DNA of 64,000 nt from Bryobacterales bacterium (GTDB taxonomy: Bacteria > Acidobacteriota > Terriglobia > Bryobacterales > UBA6623), in the NCBI GenBank assembly GCA_965226215.1, contig CBDDCH010000002.1, forward strand, positions 1,342,282 to 1,406,281, in the 5' to 3' direction. The translations under genes and the position numbers were made by a program. Shown here piece after piece: positions 25,931-35,327 of the stretch (positions are counted from its first letter, which is position 1; each line of letters starts with the position of its first letter). The notes under the pieces were generated by a model. The model worked only from the letters and a program-made list of their open reading frames with translations, was not told the DNA's origin and made no database searches.

Positions 25931-26004
25931 AGGCGGTTGCGAAGAGTGGCGGAATCTGTCTTACAAGCGGGAGGCCGCAGGTTCGAGTCCAGTGCCGCCC
26001 ACCA
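25931..26004 (+). tRNA. tRNA-Val(UAC)-like sequence, probably a decayed pseudogene
   Basis: The 3' half is canonical: anticodon loop CTTACAA, T-arm GCAGG-TTCGAGT-CCAGT (one A-A mismatch), acceptor 3' strand GCCGCCC, discriminator A and an encoded CCA. The 5' half (AGGCGGTTGCGAAGAGTGGCGGAA) gives an A1-C72 mismatch and no D-stem. Confidence 0.5.
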
Positions 26005-26142
26005 ATTTTTCAATAAGTTAGGGCCAATCCGGCCCTCTAGACAGGAGCTGCTGTAGAGAGATTCTGTAATGAACGCCTGGGATTTACCCACTAGCGCCGC
26101 GCGGAGTCGGACAGCAGCGTCGGCGTTCGAGAGGACTCGCAG

Positions 26143-27762
26143 ATGCCTGGAATGATAGTGGCTCCGCAACCGCGGGCCGTGGAAGACGGCGCCAAGGTAC
26201 TCGCGCAAGGGGGGAACGCCTTCGATGCCGCTCTCGCTTGTGCGTTCACCCAGGGTGTCATCGATCCGCATTCGTGTGGCGTGGGCGGCTATTTGCTGCT
26301 GACGTGCCAGCCGGCCGACAGCACCGAGCGGCAGCCGATTCTCGATGCCCCGGCACTGGCCGGATCAAGAGTTTGTCCCGAGATGTGGGAGGACATCGTT
26401 ATCGGTCCGAATCCGGGCGGCTGGGGCTTCTTCCTCAAAAACCGGGTGAATGAAGACGGCTATCTCTCGATTTGTACACCCGGGGCCGTCCGGGGCTTCG
26501 AGGCGATCCACTCTCGTTGGTGCACCAAGAGCTGGGCGGATCTGATCGCTCCGGCTATCGAACTCGCGGCGGAAGGCTGGAGGGTCGGCGCGCACCAAGC
26601 CGGTCGCTGGAAGGAAAAGGCTCTCTACTACGAGGGCGCGCCGCTCAGCGAGAAATTGCGGGTCACGCCTGAGGCGGAACGGATCTACTTGAAGCCAGAC
26701 GGCTCGACGTACGAAGCCGGCGAGATGATTCGCAACCCCGGCTATGCACGAACTCTCGAACGACTTTCAAAACATGGCGCCGAGGATTTCTATTCCGGGG
26801 ATCTGGCGGTCGAGATTACTTCCGATCTGGCGACCAACGGCAGCTTTGTCACTGCGGATGATTACGCGGAATACGCGATCCGCGAAGAACCTCCGGTCGT
26901 CATTCACTATCGCGATTACGTGGTCCAGACAACGCAGCCGCCGCACGGCGGGCCGACGCTAGCGGCCGTTCTCAACATCCTCGAGGGGCATGATCTAGCG
27001 AGGTTAGGCCACAACTCGCCCGAGTACATCTACTTGGTTTCGATGGCGATGAAGGCGGCATTTGCCGACCGCAACTCGAACCTTGCCGATCCGCGCTTCG
27101 TGGATGTACCGCTTGATTGGATGATCTCCAAAGAAAGAGCGAGCGAGTGGCGGGCCATCATCGATTCGGGCAAACCCCTCAGCGTCCCCGTCGTTCCCAC
27201 CGGGGCGCCCGACACCACGCACGTCAGCGTCGTTGATCGCTGGGGCAACTGCGTCTCGCTGACCCATTCGCTGGGCTCGTCCTCGGGCGTGATTCCTCCC
27301 GGGCTCGGCTTCATGCACAATAATTCGATGCTCAACTTCTATCCTTATGCCGGGCACGCCAACAGCATGGCTCCGCGCAAAGGACGCACCACGGGCATGA
27401 CCCCCACGATCGTCTCAAAGAACGACCAACCGGTGCTTGTAATCGGCGCGCCGGGGGCGACGCGCATCATTACCGCCGTCGTTTCGGTCATCTTGAATCG
27501 GATTGACTTCGGCATGTCGATTACCGATGCCGTTTTGGCGCCTCGCTTCGACTGCCAAGGAGATACGATTTACTGTCAGGCACGCATTCCGGACTATGTT
27601 TGTGCCGAGGTCCGAAAGAAACACAACATGGTTCGATTGCCGCAGAGTCACGGCGGCCTGGCCCTGGTTCACGCGGTCGCAGTCGATGGAGAAGGAGGAA
27701 AGCTCACCGGCGCCGCCGACGCGGGCGCCGAGGGGATGGCGCTCCGGGTCGACGAGGCTTAA
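26143..27762 (+). CDS. ggt: Gamma-glutamyltranspeptidase family protein (no signal peptide seen)
   Basis: 539 aa with ...VAPQPRAVEDGAKVLAQGGNAFDAA..., the autoprocessing/nucleophile region GAPDTTHVSVVDRWGN, and ...GAPGATRI... Confidence 0.85.
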   Translation: MPGMIVAPQPRAVEDGAKVLAQGGNAFDAALACAFTQGVIDPHSCGVGGYLLLTCQPADSTERQPILDAPALAGSRVCPEMWEDIVIGPNPGGWGFFLKNRVNEDGYLSICTPGAVRGFEAIHSRWCTKSWADLIAPAIELAAEGWRVGAHQAGRWKEKALYYEGAPLSEKLRVTPEAERIYLKPDGSTYEAGEMIRNPGYARTLERLSKHGAEDFYSGDLAVEITSDLATNGSFVTADDYAEYAIREEPPVVIHYRDYVVQTTQPPHGGPTLAAVLNILEGHDLARLGHNSPEYIYLVSMAMKAAFADRNSNLADPRFVDVPLDWMISKERASEWRAIIDSGKPLSVPVVPTGAPDTTHVSVVDRWGNCVSLTHSLGSSSGVIPPGLGFMHNNSMLNFYPYAGHANSMAPRKGRTTGMTPTIVSKNDQPVLVIGAPGATRIITAVVSVILNRIDFGMSITDAVLAPRFDCQGDTIYCQARIPDYVCAEVRKKHNMVRLPQSHGGLALVHAVAVDGEGGKLTGAADAGAEGMALRVDEA

Positions 27763-27818
27763 GAGGCGCTGATCGACGACCTTGCTTCGGCGAACGCCTC
27801 ATTATGGCTAGTCCATGG

Positions 27819-27995
27819 CTAGTGCTTAGTTGCATAAGTTCACGATCGTTTGTGGGCCGGCAATCCCGGGACCGCTCCCTCACGGTCGCGGCTCGGAAGC
27901 CTCTGTGAACAAACCACTTCTGGGCCAGACAGATGGCTGTCTGATACTTCGGAAAAGGCCTTTTATATACGCGAACTTTTGATACCAAGAACTAG
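27819..27995. repeat. MITE-like element, family A, copy A3 (short form, 177 bp)
   Basis: CTAGTGCTTAGTTGCATAAGTTCACG...CGCGAACTTTTGATACCAAGAACTAG, with ~25-bp terminal inverted repeats and CTAG at both ends. Confidence 0.8.
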
Positions 27996-28014
27996 TCCGC
28001 GTTTCTCACCAGCA

Positions 28015-29313
28015 GGTTCTTCCGGGTTTCTAGTGGGCGAGTGAGGCTCGGTGGTAGTCTCGCGGGATGCAAGACCGCGAGCTATACCGCCAGATTCTGG
28101 GCATCGAAAGTCCCTGGAAAGTCGTGCGAGTGGAGCTGCGCCGAGCCGACGGCGAAGTCCACGTCTTCCTCGAACACGACGAGCAAGTCCGCTGGCCGTG
28201 CCGCCAATGCAGCGCCGTGTGCGCACTCCACGATCATCAGCCCGAACGCCGCTGGCGTCACCTCGACACCTGTCAGTACCGCACGATCCTGCACGCCCGG
28301 CCGCCGCGCAGCGACTGCTCCGAGCACGGGCCGCGCGTCGTGCGACTGCCCTGGGCCGAGGCTTCCAGCCGCTTCACCGCGCTGTTTGAAGCTCTCGCGA
28401 TCTCGTGGCTGAAGGAAGCCAGCCAGCAAGGCATCGCCGAGTTGCTGGCGCTGAGCTGGGACGAGATTCACGGCATCCTGGAACGCGCCGTGCAACGTGG
28501 GCTCGAACGTCGCGCGGCAGAGCCGATTCCCTACCTGGGCGTCGACGAGAAGAGCTTCCGCAAGCGCCATCGCTATCTCACCGTCGTCAACGATCTCAAC
28601 CGCTCGCGCGTGTTGTTCGTCGCCGAGGGACGCAGCCAGGCCAGCCTGGACGGCTTTTGGAAGACGTTGAGCGCAGAGCAACTCGCCCGAGTCGAGGCCG
28701 TCGCGATGGACATGTGGGATCCTTACGTCGCCTCGACCCGGGAGCATCTCGACGAATCGGAGAAAAAGATCGTTTACGACAAATATCACATCGCGGCGCA
28801 TCTGGCGAAGGCGGTGGACCAGGTGCGGCAGGCGGAGAACAAGCGTTTACTGGCCCTCGGCGACGAGCGTTTGACAGGCACGAAGTACGCTTGGCTGCGG
28901 CATCCGGCGAACTTTTCCGAGGACGCCTGGCGCGAGTTCCGCGCGCTGCGCGAAAGCGACTTGAAGACGGCGCGGGCGTGGGCGTTGAAGGAAACGGCGA
29001 TGCGGCTGTTCGACTATCGTCGCGAATCGGCGGCGCGAGCTTTCTTCGAGCAATGGCGCGACTGGGCGAGTCGCAGCCGGCTGACGCCGATGGTCACCGT
29101 AGCGCGGATGTTGACGGCTCGCCTCGAAAACATACTCACGTATCTGAAACACCGCATTACGAACGCGGTCAGCTAGGGGTTGAACTCAAGGATTCAATGG
29201 GTCAAGGCCACGGCGCGCGGTTTCCGCAATCAACAGAACTTCATCAACGCCATCTACTTCCACTGTGGGAAACTCGATCTGGCTCCTTCGCCCACTTAAA
29301 ACCCGGAAGAGTC
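28015..29313 (+). mobile_element. ISL3-family insertion sequence, copy 2 (1299 bp), TSD 7/8 (CACCAGCA / CACCAGCG)
   Basis: Same ends as copy 3, but one terminus reads GACTCTTCC instead of GGCTCTTCC. Flanking octamers at 28007-28014 and 29314-29321 differ at one base. Confidence 0.85.
28067..29176 (+). pseudogene. ISL3-family transposase with a premature TAG
   Basis: TAG at 29174-29176 stands where copies 1 and 3 have GAG (..NAVS*GLNSRIQW vs ..NAVSEGLNSRIQW). There are three further amino-acid differences from the other copies. Confidence 0.8.
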
Positions 29314-29462
29314 CACCAGCGGTCGGCAGCAGCGGAGCAAAGCCTCGCTCTTCGAGATGTAGGGGCGCGATTCATCGCGCCCGCTTGCCCTACAAACTGT
29401 AAGCCGGACCCGCGAGGCCCGGGCCACGAAGGCGGCGGCGGCGGACGTACCGGGGCGGTACA

Positions 29463-30449
29463 ATGAGCCGCATGAGCCATCAACCCTTCGGCGCGGCGAT
29501 CATCGGGACCGCTCATGCGCACGCTGTCGGCCACCTCGACGCCATCCGCAAGTCGAAGACGTGGGACCTCATTGCCGCGGCAGAACCGAATCCCGAACTG
29601 CTGGCCAAAGCGAAAGCCAATGCCCGCTGGGACGGCGTCGCATGGACTTCCGTCGATGCGCTGCTTTCCGACGACCGTGTTCAAATGGTCTGCGTCGAGA
29701 CCGACCCTTTGGAGTGCCTGCCTTATGCGCTGCGCTCGATCGAAGCCGGCAAGCACACCAAGATTGACAAGCCGCCGGGCATCGACTTTCAGCTATTGAA
29801 AAAGATCTTCGACGAAGCCGAGCGGAAGCACCTGCTCGTCCAAATGGGGTACGTCTACCGTTACAACCCGGCCTTCCGTCTTGCTTATCGCGCGATTCAA
29901 GAAGGCTGGCTCGGGCCGATTCGCTCGGCTGTCTGCCAGATAAACGACATGCTGGGGCCGCCAGGCCGGCGGCGTCTCGACCGTTACCCCGGAGGGCAAT
30001 TCTACGAGATCTGTTGCCACATGCTCGATGCGCTCGTCTGGTTGCTCGGGGAACCGAAACGCGTCACCTCCGTCCTGCGCCATAGCGACCCGGTCGACGA
30101 CGAGCTGGAGGACGACGTCCAGGCCACGCTCGAGTTCGAACCGGCGCTGGCGGTTCTCAAGAGCAACACTCGGGATGGCGAACGTTACTTTTACCTATTC
30201 GGCGAGGCCGCCTCGATTCAAATCGACGACCCAGACCGTCCGAAGGTGCGACTGGTTTTAACGTCCCCGCACGGAGAGTTTTCCGCCGGCTTGCACCAAG
30301 TGCCGGTGGGCCCATCAGTCCGCTACGTCCCAGACCTGGATGACCTAGCGGGAGCCATTCGTGAGCGACGCTTGGTGGAGCACTTCACTCCGGAACACGA
30401 TCTGGCCGTCCAGCGAGTGTTGTTGGATGCTTGCCGGGTGAAGCTTTAG
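29463..30449 (+). CDS. Gfo/Idh/MocA-family oxidoreductase
   Basis: 328 aa with an N-terminal Rossmann-type AAIIGTAHAHAVGHL..., ...VCVETDP...ALRSIEAGKHTKIDKPPG (the EKP-like motif). Confidence 0.75.
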   Translation: MSRMSHQPFGAAIIGTAHAHAVGHLDAIRKSKTWDLIAAAEPNPELLAKAKANARWDGVAWTSVDALLSDDRVQMVCVETDPLECLPYALRSIEAGKHTKIDKPPGIDFQLLKKIFDEAERKHLLVQMGYVYRYNPAFRLAYRAIQEGWLGPIRSAVCQINDMLGPPGRRRLDRYPGGQFYEICCHMLDALVWLLGEPKRVTSVLRHSDPVDDELEDDVQATLEFEPALAVLKSNTRDGERYFYLFGEAASIQIDDPDRPKVRLVLTSPHGEFSAGLHQVPVGPSVRYVPDLDDLAGAIRERRLVEHFTPEHDLAVQRVLLDACRVKL

Positions 30450-30499
30450 CCCGCATTTCTCACAAGTTTTGCCCGTTAGTCATAAAGACCCGTTATTCT

Positions 30500-30615
30500 C
30501 GTAGGGGCCGACCACCGTGTCGGCCCATTACCGATCCGTGCACATTGTTCCGTCTGAATTTGTGCAAAAGATCGTACATCGACGCTACGGGGCGGCACAG
30601 TAGCTCGCCCCTACG
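30500..30615. repeat. REP/MITE-like element bounded by CGTAGGGGC...GCCCCTACG
   Basis: The left end hairpin is GGGGCCGAC-ACCGT-GTCGGCCC. The right end is CTACGGGGCGGCACAGTAGCTCGCCCCTACG. The GTAGGGGC-hairpin motif also occurs at 29359-29393, 36646-36669 and 58085-58108. Confidence 0.55.
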
Positions 30616-30746
30616 CTTCCCTCGTGAGAAAAGCGGGTTAGAGATCCCGGGGCGAGCCTTGACCTCGGCCGGCGCCTACTTTCACGCGGGAAACCCATTG
30701 CGTCCCGACAGTGGGAGGCGTACAATCCCCTCGGTAGGTGAGCGAA

Positions 30747-31970
30747 ATGGAAAATCCCGAGCAAGACAACAACCCCCGGTCCGCCGGCGTCAGCCGCAGG
30801 GCGTTCCTTAGCAGTGCACTTTCTCTGACCGCCGCGGCGGGGGGCAGCGCCGCGGCGGCCGCGCAGCGGCCGACACCGAGTGCGGGAGGCAAGAAGATCG
30901 GATTTCCCCTGTGGTGCGACAAAGGCGGGCTCATTGACCCCACCGAGCCCGGGGACGAAACGAAGGTCAGGGATTTCGTCCGCAAGTGCGCCGACCACGG
31001 AGTGACGAGGCTCTTCCCGTGGACCGGGTCGCGCGTCCTGGTAGAAGCCGCTCACGAAAAGAACATCGAAGTCCATCCGTACCTGGCTTTTAATTCTCAT
31101 GGTCGAAAGACCGTGAGGTACACGTGGTCCGTGAACTACGTTGGGCCGCCTATAGGGACGCCCGAGGCCAAGGAGATCCTAGACCACCATCGCCCCATTT
31201 GGGCCCATCGGCGCTATTCAGCAAAGGTGAGCGAATTCGCAAAGCAGCATCCCGAATGGTGGGCTCTCGACCGTCAGCTGACCAAGGAGTTGAACGTCGG
31301 CCGAAAGCGCGTCATGAGCCTAGCCGTGCCGGACGTGCGGGCTTATGAAAACAAACAATACTCGTCGTTGCTCGAAGACACCGGCGGAGACGGTGTTCAA
31401 GTAGAGTTCATTTCCGAGAATAGAGACGAGCACGGTGTCGCCATCTTCGGTTACGAGCAGCCGATGGTCGGGGCGTATCGGGAGAAGTTCGGGAAGAGTC
31501 CCTTCGAGCTGGCCAACAACGATCCCAGTTGGGTGCAGTTCCGCGCGGACCGGGTCACGACGTGCCTAAGGGAGCTGCGGCAGAAGCTGAAGGATAAGTT
31601 TCCGCGGGCGCTCCTATCGGTAACGATCATTGACCGCGACCAAGAGGATTACATCAAAGTCGGTCAGGACTTGCCCCGCTGGGTCGAGGAGGGCTTGATC
31701 GACGAGTTATACGTGTGGTTCCGCACCACCTCGGACTTGGGAACGCTAGAGCGCCACGTCAGGCAGGCCGCGGATATCGTAGCCGGTCGCGTCCCTCTGA
31801 TTGCCGAGATTTCCTGCTATCACCCGGGGAGCATCCAGGACCCGAAACGGATGGTCGAGGCCGCCCGCCGGGCCAGAGCCAGCGGAGCCGACGCGGTCGG
31901 AATCTACCGCAGCCACGCGGTCGATCAGCTGGATTTGTGGCCCGTTATCGAGCAAATCGCCCAACTTTGA
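30747..31970 (+). CDS. Tat-signal hypothetical protein (possible TIM-barrel glycosidase-like fold; family not recognised)
   Basis: Twin-arginine signal NPRSAGVSRRAFLSSALSLTAAAGGSAAAAAQ. ATG at 30747 (GTG at 30738 also possible). The mature part has no motif I can name. Confidence 0.6.
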   Translation: MENPEQDNNPRSAGVSRRAFLSSALSLTAAAGGSAAAAAQRPTPSAGGKKIGFPLWCDKGGLIDPTEPGDETKVRDFVRKCADHGVTRLFPWTGSRVLVEAAHEKNIEVHPYLAFNSHGRKTVRYTWSVNYVGPPIGTPEAKEILDHHRPIWAHRRYSAKVSEFAKQHPEWWALDRQLTKELNVGRKRVMSLAVPDVRAYENKQYSSLLEDTGGDGVQVEFISENRDEHGVAIFGYEQPMVGAYREKFGKSPFELANNDPSWVQFRADRVTTCLRELRQKLKDKFPRALLSVTIIDRDQEDYIKVGQDLPRWVEEGLIDELYVWFRTTSDLGTLERHVRQAADIVAGRVPLIAEISCYHPGSIQDPKRMVEAARRARASGADAVGIYRSHAVDQLDLWPVIEQIAQL

Positions 31971-32026
31971 TCGGCGACGGGCGAGGTCTTTGGTTTTCAG
32001 TTCGGCAACCCCAAGCGCGGAACTGC

Positions 32027-32830
32027 TCAGAGCTCGAGCTTGCCGTCGAAAAGCATGTCTTTCAGCTTGAACTTGCGCTTCACGGTCATCGGCCCGAGCT
32101 TCATCTCGAACTCCACGTTCTTGTCTTCAAGAACGATCTGATCCGTGCGCGGAAACCCGACAAACAAGGTGACAGACTCCTCCTGCTTAAGCGTTTCGAT
32201 GACCTCAGGCCGAATGGGATCCTTATTCTTGCGCTTCAGGGAGGTGGTTTCCTTGAGGCGATCCGTGTCTTGCGACATGCCGGCCATACGGCCCGAGAAC
32301 CCAGCCACCGATACGACGTAGTGCGTCTCGCTCCTTTGAAGGAACTGCTTTGCTTCCGCGGCTGTGTGGGCCTCGTTGCCGAAACGGCCTCTCATGAGGG
32401 CCTGTTTGATGGGTAAGGCGCTGGACCACTGAATCGTGAGTTCAAGCCCGGGAAGGCTCCGGCCTCCACCGGCGCGGCCATAGCCGCCGCCACCACCGCC
32501 ACCGGGGATTCCTCCGCCACCGCCACCTCCGCCGCCACCGCCACCGGGGATTCCTCCGCCACCGCCACCTCCGCCGCCGGGAAAGCCTCCGCCGCCCGGG
32601 CCCCCGCCGGCTCCGCCGCCGTACCCGCCAGGAGACCCTTGTCCGCCAGGGCCACCCATGCCCCCGAAGCTGAGGCTGACCTTCTTTGCCCAGGGAGAAT
32701 TATTAAGGATTTTGCGGACTTCCTTCGCGCTCCACTCGGTGTAATCCTTCGTCTCCCAAAAGCTCGCGGCCGAAAGGATTGCCACCCCAACCAGACCAAG
32801 TCCAAAAAGTTTAAATTCGGGTTTCATCAT
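32027..32830 (-). CDS. Secreted protein with an extreme poly-glycine tract
   Basis: Signal/anchor FKLFGLGLVGVAILSAASF is followed by ~75 residues that are almost all Gly with two IPG punctuations, then an ordinary ~140-aa C-terminal domain ending ...FDGKLEL. Confidence 0.65.
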   Translation of the reverse strand: MMKPEFKLFGLGLVGVAILSAASFWETKDYTEWSAKEVRKILNNSPWAKKVSLSFGGMGGPGGQGSPGGYGGGAGGGPGGGGFPGGGGGGGGGIPGGGGGGGGGGGGIPGGGGGGGYGRAGGGRSLPGLELTIQWSSALPIKQALMRGRFGNEAHTAAEAKQFLQRSETHYVVSVAGFSGRMAGMSQDTDRLKETTSLKRKNKDPIRPEVIETLKQEESVTLFVGFPRTDQIVLEDKNVEFEMKLGPMTVKRKFKLKDMLFDGKLEL

Positions 32831-32843
32831 TCACGTATACCTC

Positions 32844-33051
32844 CTAGCCCCAATACCGTTCACTTAAGCTGTGACGGGACCGACGAATCTTTCCCTGCAT
32901 GGCGCCGTTCGTCACGTACGGGCACGACGTGTCGCGCCCTGGCGACCGCCTGTTGCCACCTTCCGTGTCTCTATAACCTTTGCGTCCAGCTCGCAATTGC
33001 AGGGAGCAATTCGAGCATCCGTTGCCGCTAAGTGAACGGTATTGCTCCTAG
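32844..33051. repeat. MITE-like element, family B (208 bp)
   Basis: Terminal inverted repeats are CTAGCCCCAATACCGTTCACTTAAGC and (inverse) CTAGGAGCAATACCGTTCACTTAGCGG. The internal and right-end sequence recurs at about 62290-62394. Confidence 0.7.
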
Positions 33052-33203
33052 CCCGCTTTTCTCGCGAGCTGACGGTCGCAGCCCGCGGCGCGGCGACCGT
33101 GACATCAGTTCACCACGCTTGATCCCGTTCCCGGCTACCCTGTTTCTGGGCGCTTCGAACTTTGGTTTCCTCATGCGAGGGGACCTGAGGCCCCTCAACG
33201 ATT

Positions 33204-34511
33204 CTACGAAGCCGTCCCCGAATCCGGCAAGAGTCCGGGCAGCTGCATTTCCACCGTTAGTCCCGGACTCGAATTCCGCGCCCGGAGATCACCCTGGTGA
33301 AGCTCCACAGCTCGCCGCGCAATGGAAAGTCCCAGTCCAGTACCACTACTGGACCGATCGCGATCCCCATTGACGCGATAGAAAGGATCGAAGATTCTAT
33401 CGAGATCTTCTGCCGGAACGCCCGGCCCGTGATCGCGAACGGAAATCACGGCGGTCTCGTCTCGACGATCCAGCATGACCTCCACCGAGGTGCCTTCCGC
33501 CGCATAGCGAATAGCATTGCGAACTAAGTTTTCGACGGCCCGACGAAGAAGTTCCGGATCACCAAGAACCGCGATGCCGGAAGGGGCCCGCAGATCCAAC
33601 TTGCAGTCTCGCGCCTGGGCCTCGATAGAACAGTCGTCCGCCACCTCCGCAAGCAGAGAGTGCAAGTCGACCGACACTTTTTGGAGATTGCCTCCTTCAC
33701 CTTCCGCGCGGGTCAGTTGAAGCAATTCTCCGATCAAAGCGTTGAGGCGTTCGCACTCCTTGCGAATCTGCTCCAAAGCAGCGGGCCGATCCGTGTCCGA
33801 TTCTGTGAGAGCGGCGGCGACATTCAGCCTTGCCAGGGGCGAGCGCAATTCATGCGATACGTCTTGCAAGAGTCGCCGTTCCGCGGCCAGCAAGACCTGG
33901 GTGCGTTCCGCCATGCGGTCGAAAGATCGGGCCAGCTTACCCAGCTCGTCTCCTCGCTTCGACCGGGTACGGGCGGAAAGATCACCTTGCCCGAATCGTT
34001 CCACCGTCTTCTCCAAATCCCGTAGTGGTGAGGTGAGATAAAACGCCAGCGCGGAGGAGAGCAAAATGCTTACCGCCAAAACCCAAAGATGCTGCGGATG
34101 GAAGAACCAGAAAGCCGAGTCTTGCCGGGGAATGCGTACGATGAAACGATATTCGCCGTCGGTTGAAACGCGGGTCCAAGCTCCGCCCGTTCGAAAAAGA
34201 AACCGCCAGGGATTCGGTCCGGTCGACTCCAGATGAGACAAGTCTTCCCCTGTCAGCAGATCTTGCCCATCGGAGCCCGTGAGACTGTAGTCCGCCCCTG
34301 TGCCGGCCTTGCGGCGAGTCAGGAAAGCGGCAAGAGCTGCCTCACCGCCGGTTTCGTAAGCATGCCGCGCTTCCTGCAGAAGGAAGCTCGACCAGCGGGG
34401 CCGACGTGAAGAGGAGTCGATGGTCATCGCGGTAATCACGAAAAAACCGACGAACGTGATGGCTATGGTGGCCGCGAACCAGAGCAAGATCCGGCTGAAA
34501 AGGGATTTCAT
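33204..34511 (-). CDS. Sensor histidine kinase (two TM segments, HAMP, HisKA, HATPase_c), CpxA/EnvZ-like architecture
   Basis: H-box LLQDVSHELRSPLARL, N-box VENLVRNAIRYA, G-boxes DHGPGVP and GTGLGLSIA. The ATG at 34511 overlaps the regulator stop (ATGA). Confidence 0.85.
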   Translation of the reverse strand: MKSLFSRILLWFAATIAITFVGFFVITAMTIDSSSRRPRWSSFLLQEARHAYETGGEAALAAFLTRRKAGTGADYSLTGSDGQDLLTGEDLSHLESTGPNPWRFLFRTGGAWTRVSTDGEYRFIVRIPRQDSAFWFFHPQHLWVLAVSILLSSALAFYLTSPLRDLEKTVERFGQGDLSARTRSKRGDELGKLARSFDRMAERTQVLLAAERRLLQDVSHELRSPLARLNVAAALTESDTDRPAALEQIRKECERLNALIGELLQLTRAEGEGGNLQKVSVDLHSLLAEVADDCSIEAQARDCKLDLRAPSGIAVLGDPELLRRAVENLVRNAIRYAAEGTSVEVMLDRRDETAVISVRDHGPGVPAEDLDRIFDPFYRVNGDRDRSSSGTGLGLSIARRAVELHQGDLRARNSSPGLTVEMQLPGLLPDSGTAS

Positions 34512-35197
34512 CGAACCGCTTCCTCGACGGGTAAGCAAAACTGATAACCCACGCCGCGGATCGTCTTGATCAGTGTTCGATCCGCCTCCAGTTTCTTCCG
34601 CAGGTGACTGATGTGGACGTCGATCGAACGGTCGAACGCCGAGGCTTTCCGGTCGTAGAGGTGTTCGGTGATGGCGTCACGCGAGACCACCTCGCCGGCC
34701 GAGCGCATGAGCATCTCAAGGATGTCGAACTCCAGCGTGGTTAGGGTGACCGTCCGGCTGTCGACGAACCCCTGCCGAGCGGCGAAGTCCAACATAACCC
34801 CGTTGACTTCCAAGTGGCGGGAGGCGGCAACCGGCTGCGATTTGACCCGTCGAAGGATGGCTCGTATGCGGGCGGCCAACTCATGCGGGTTAAACGGCTT
34901 CAACAAATAGTCGTCGGCACCGAGTTCCAAGCCTACGATTCGATCCACATCCTCCCCGCGAGCGGTCAGCATCAGAATGGGAATTTGGCTTTCTTGGCGA
35001 ACCTGACGCAGTATCTCAAAACCGTCCAGGCCCGGCAGCATGACATCAAGCACCACAAGGTCATGACCGCCCTCCAGAGCCCGGCGTAAGCCGCGAGTCC
35101 CCTCGTATTCATGGTCAAGATGGTAGCCCTCCTGTTTCAGAAACTTCTCCAGGAGGCCGCCCAACTCCACGTCGTCATCGATCAGCAATACCTGCAC
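34508..35197 (-). CDS. OmpR/PhoB-family response regulator (CpxR-like)
   Basis: MQVLLIDDDVEL..., DLVVLDVMLPGLDG, ...MLTARGE..., LGADDYLLKPF, and a C-terminal winged helix ...IKTIRGVGYQF. Confidence 0.9.
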   Translation of the reverse strand: MQVLLIDDDVELGGLLEKFLKQEGYHLDHEYEGTRGLRRALEGGHDLVVLDVMLPGLDGFEILRQVRQESQIPILMLTARGEDVDRIVGLELGADDYLLKPFNPHELAARIRAILRRVKSQPVAASRHLEVNGVMLDFAARQGFVDSRTVTLTTLEFDILEMLMRSAGEVVSRDAITEHLYDRKASAFDRSIDVHISHLRKKLEADRTLIKTIRGVGYQFCLPVEEAVR

Positions 35198-35327
35198 TAT
35201 CTCGAATGTAGCAGGGCAGGCAAGTGCGGACCGTAAAGTTTTCTAAACAAAGCTTCACAAAGCTTAATCTTGCAGTAACATCGTCTTCGCGTTACCCCGC
35301 TATCCTGAAGAGGTTAGGGGTAGCCTG

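Noticed and set aside
25931-26004. Possibility that the tRNA-like 3' end belongs to a tmRNA (ssrA)
   Set aside because: No GGGCGGC-type 5' acceptor partner, no tag-like reading frame ending in hydrophobic residues plus stop, and no pseudoknot-like context could be found in the 400 nt upstream. The anticodon loop is that of tRNA-Val.
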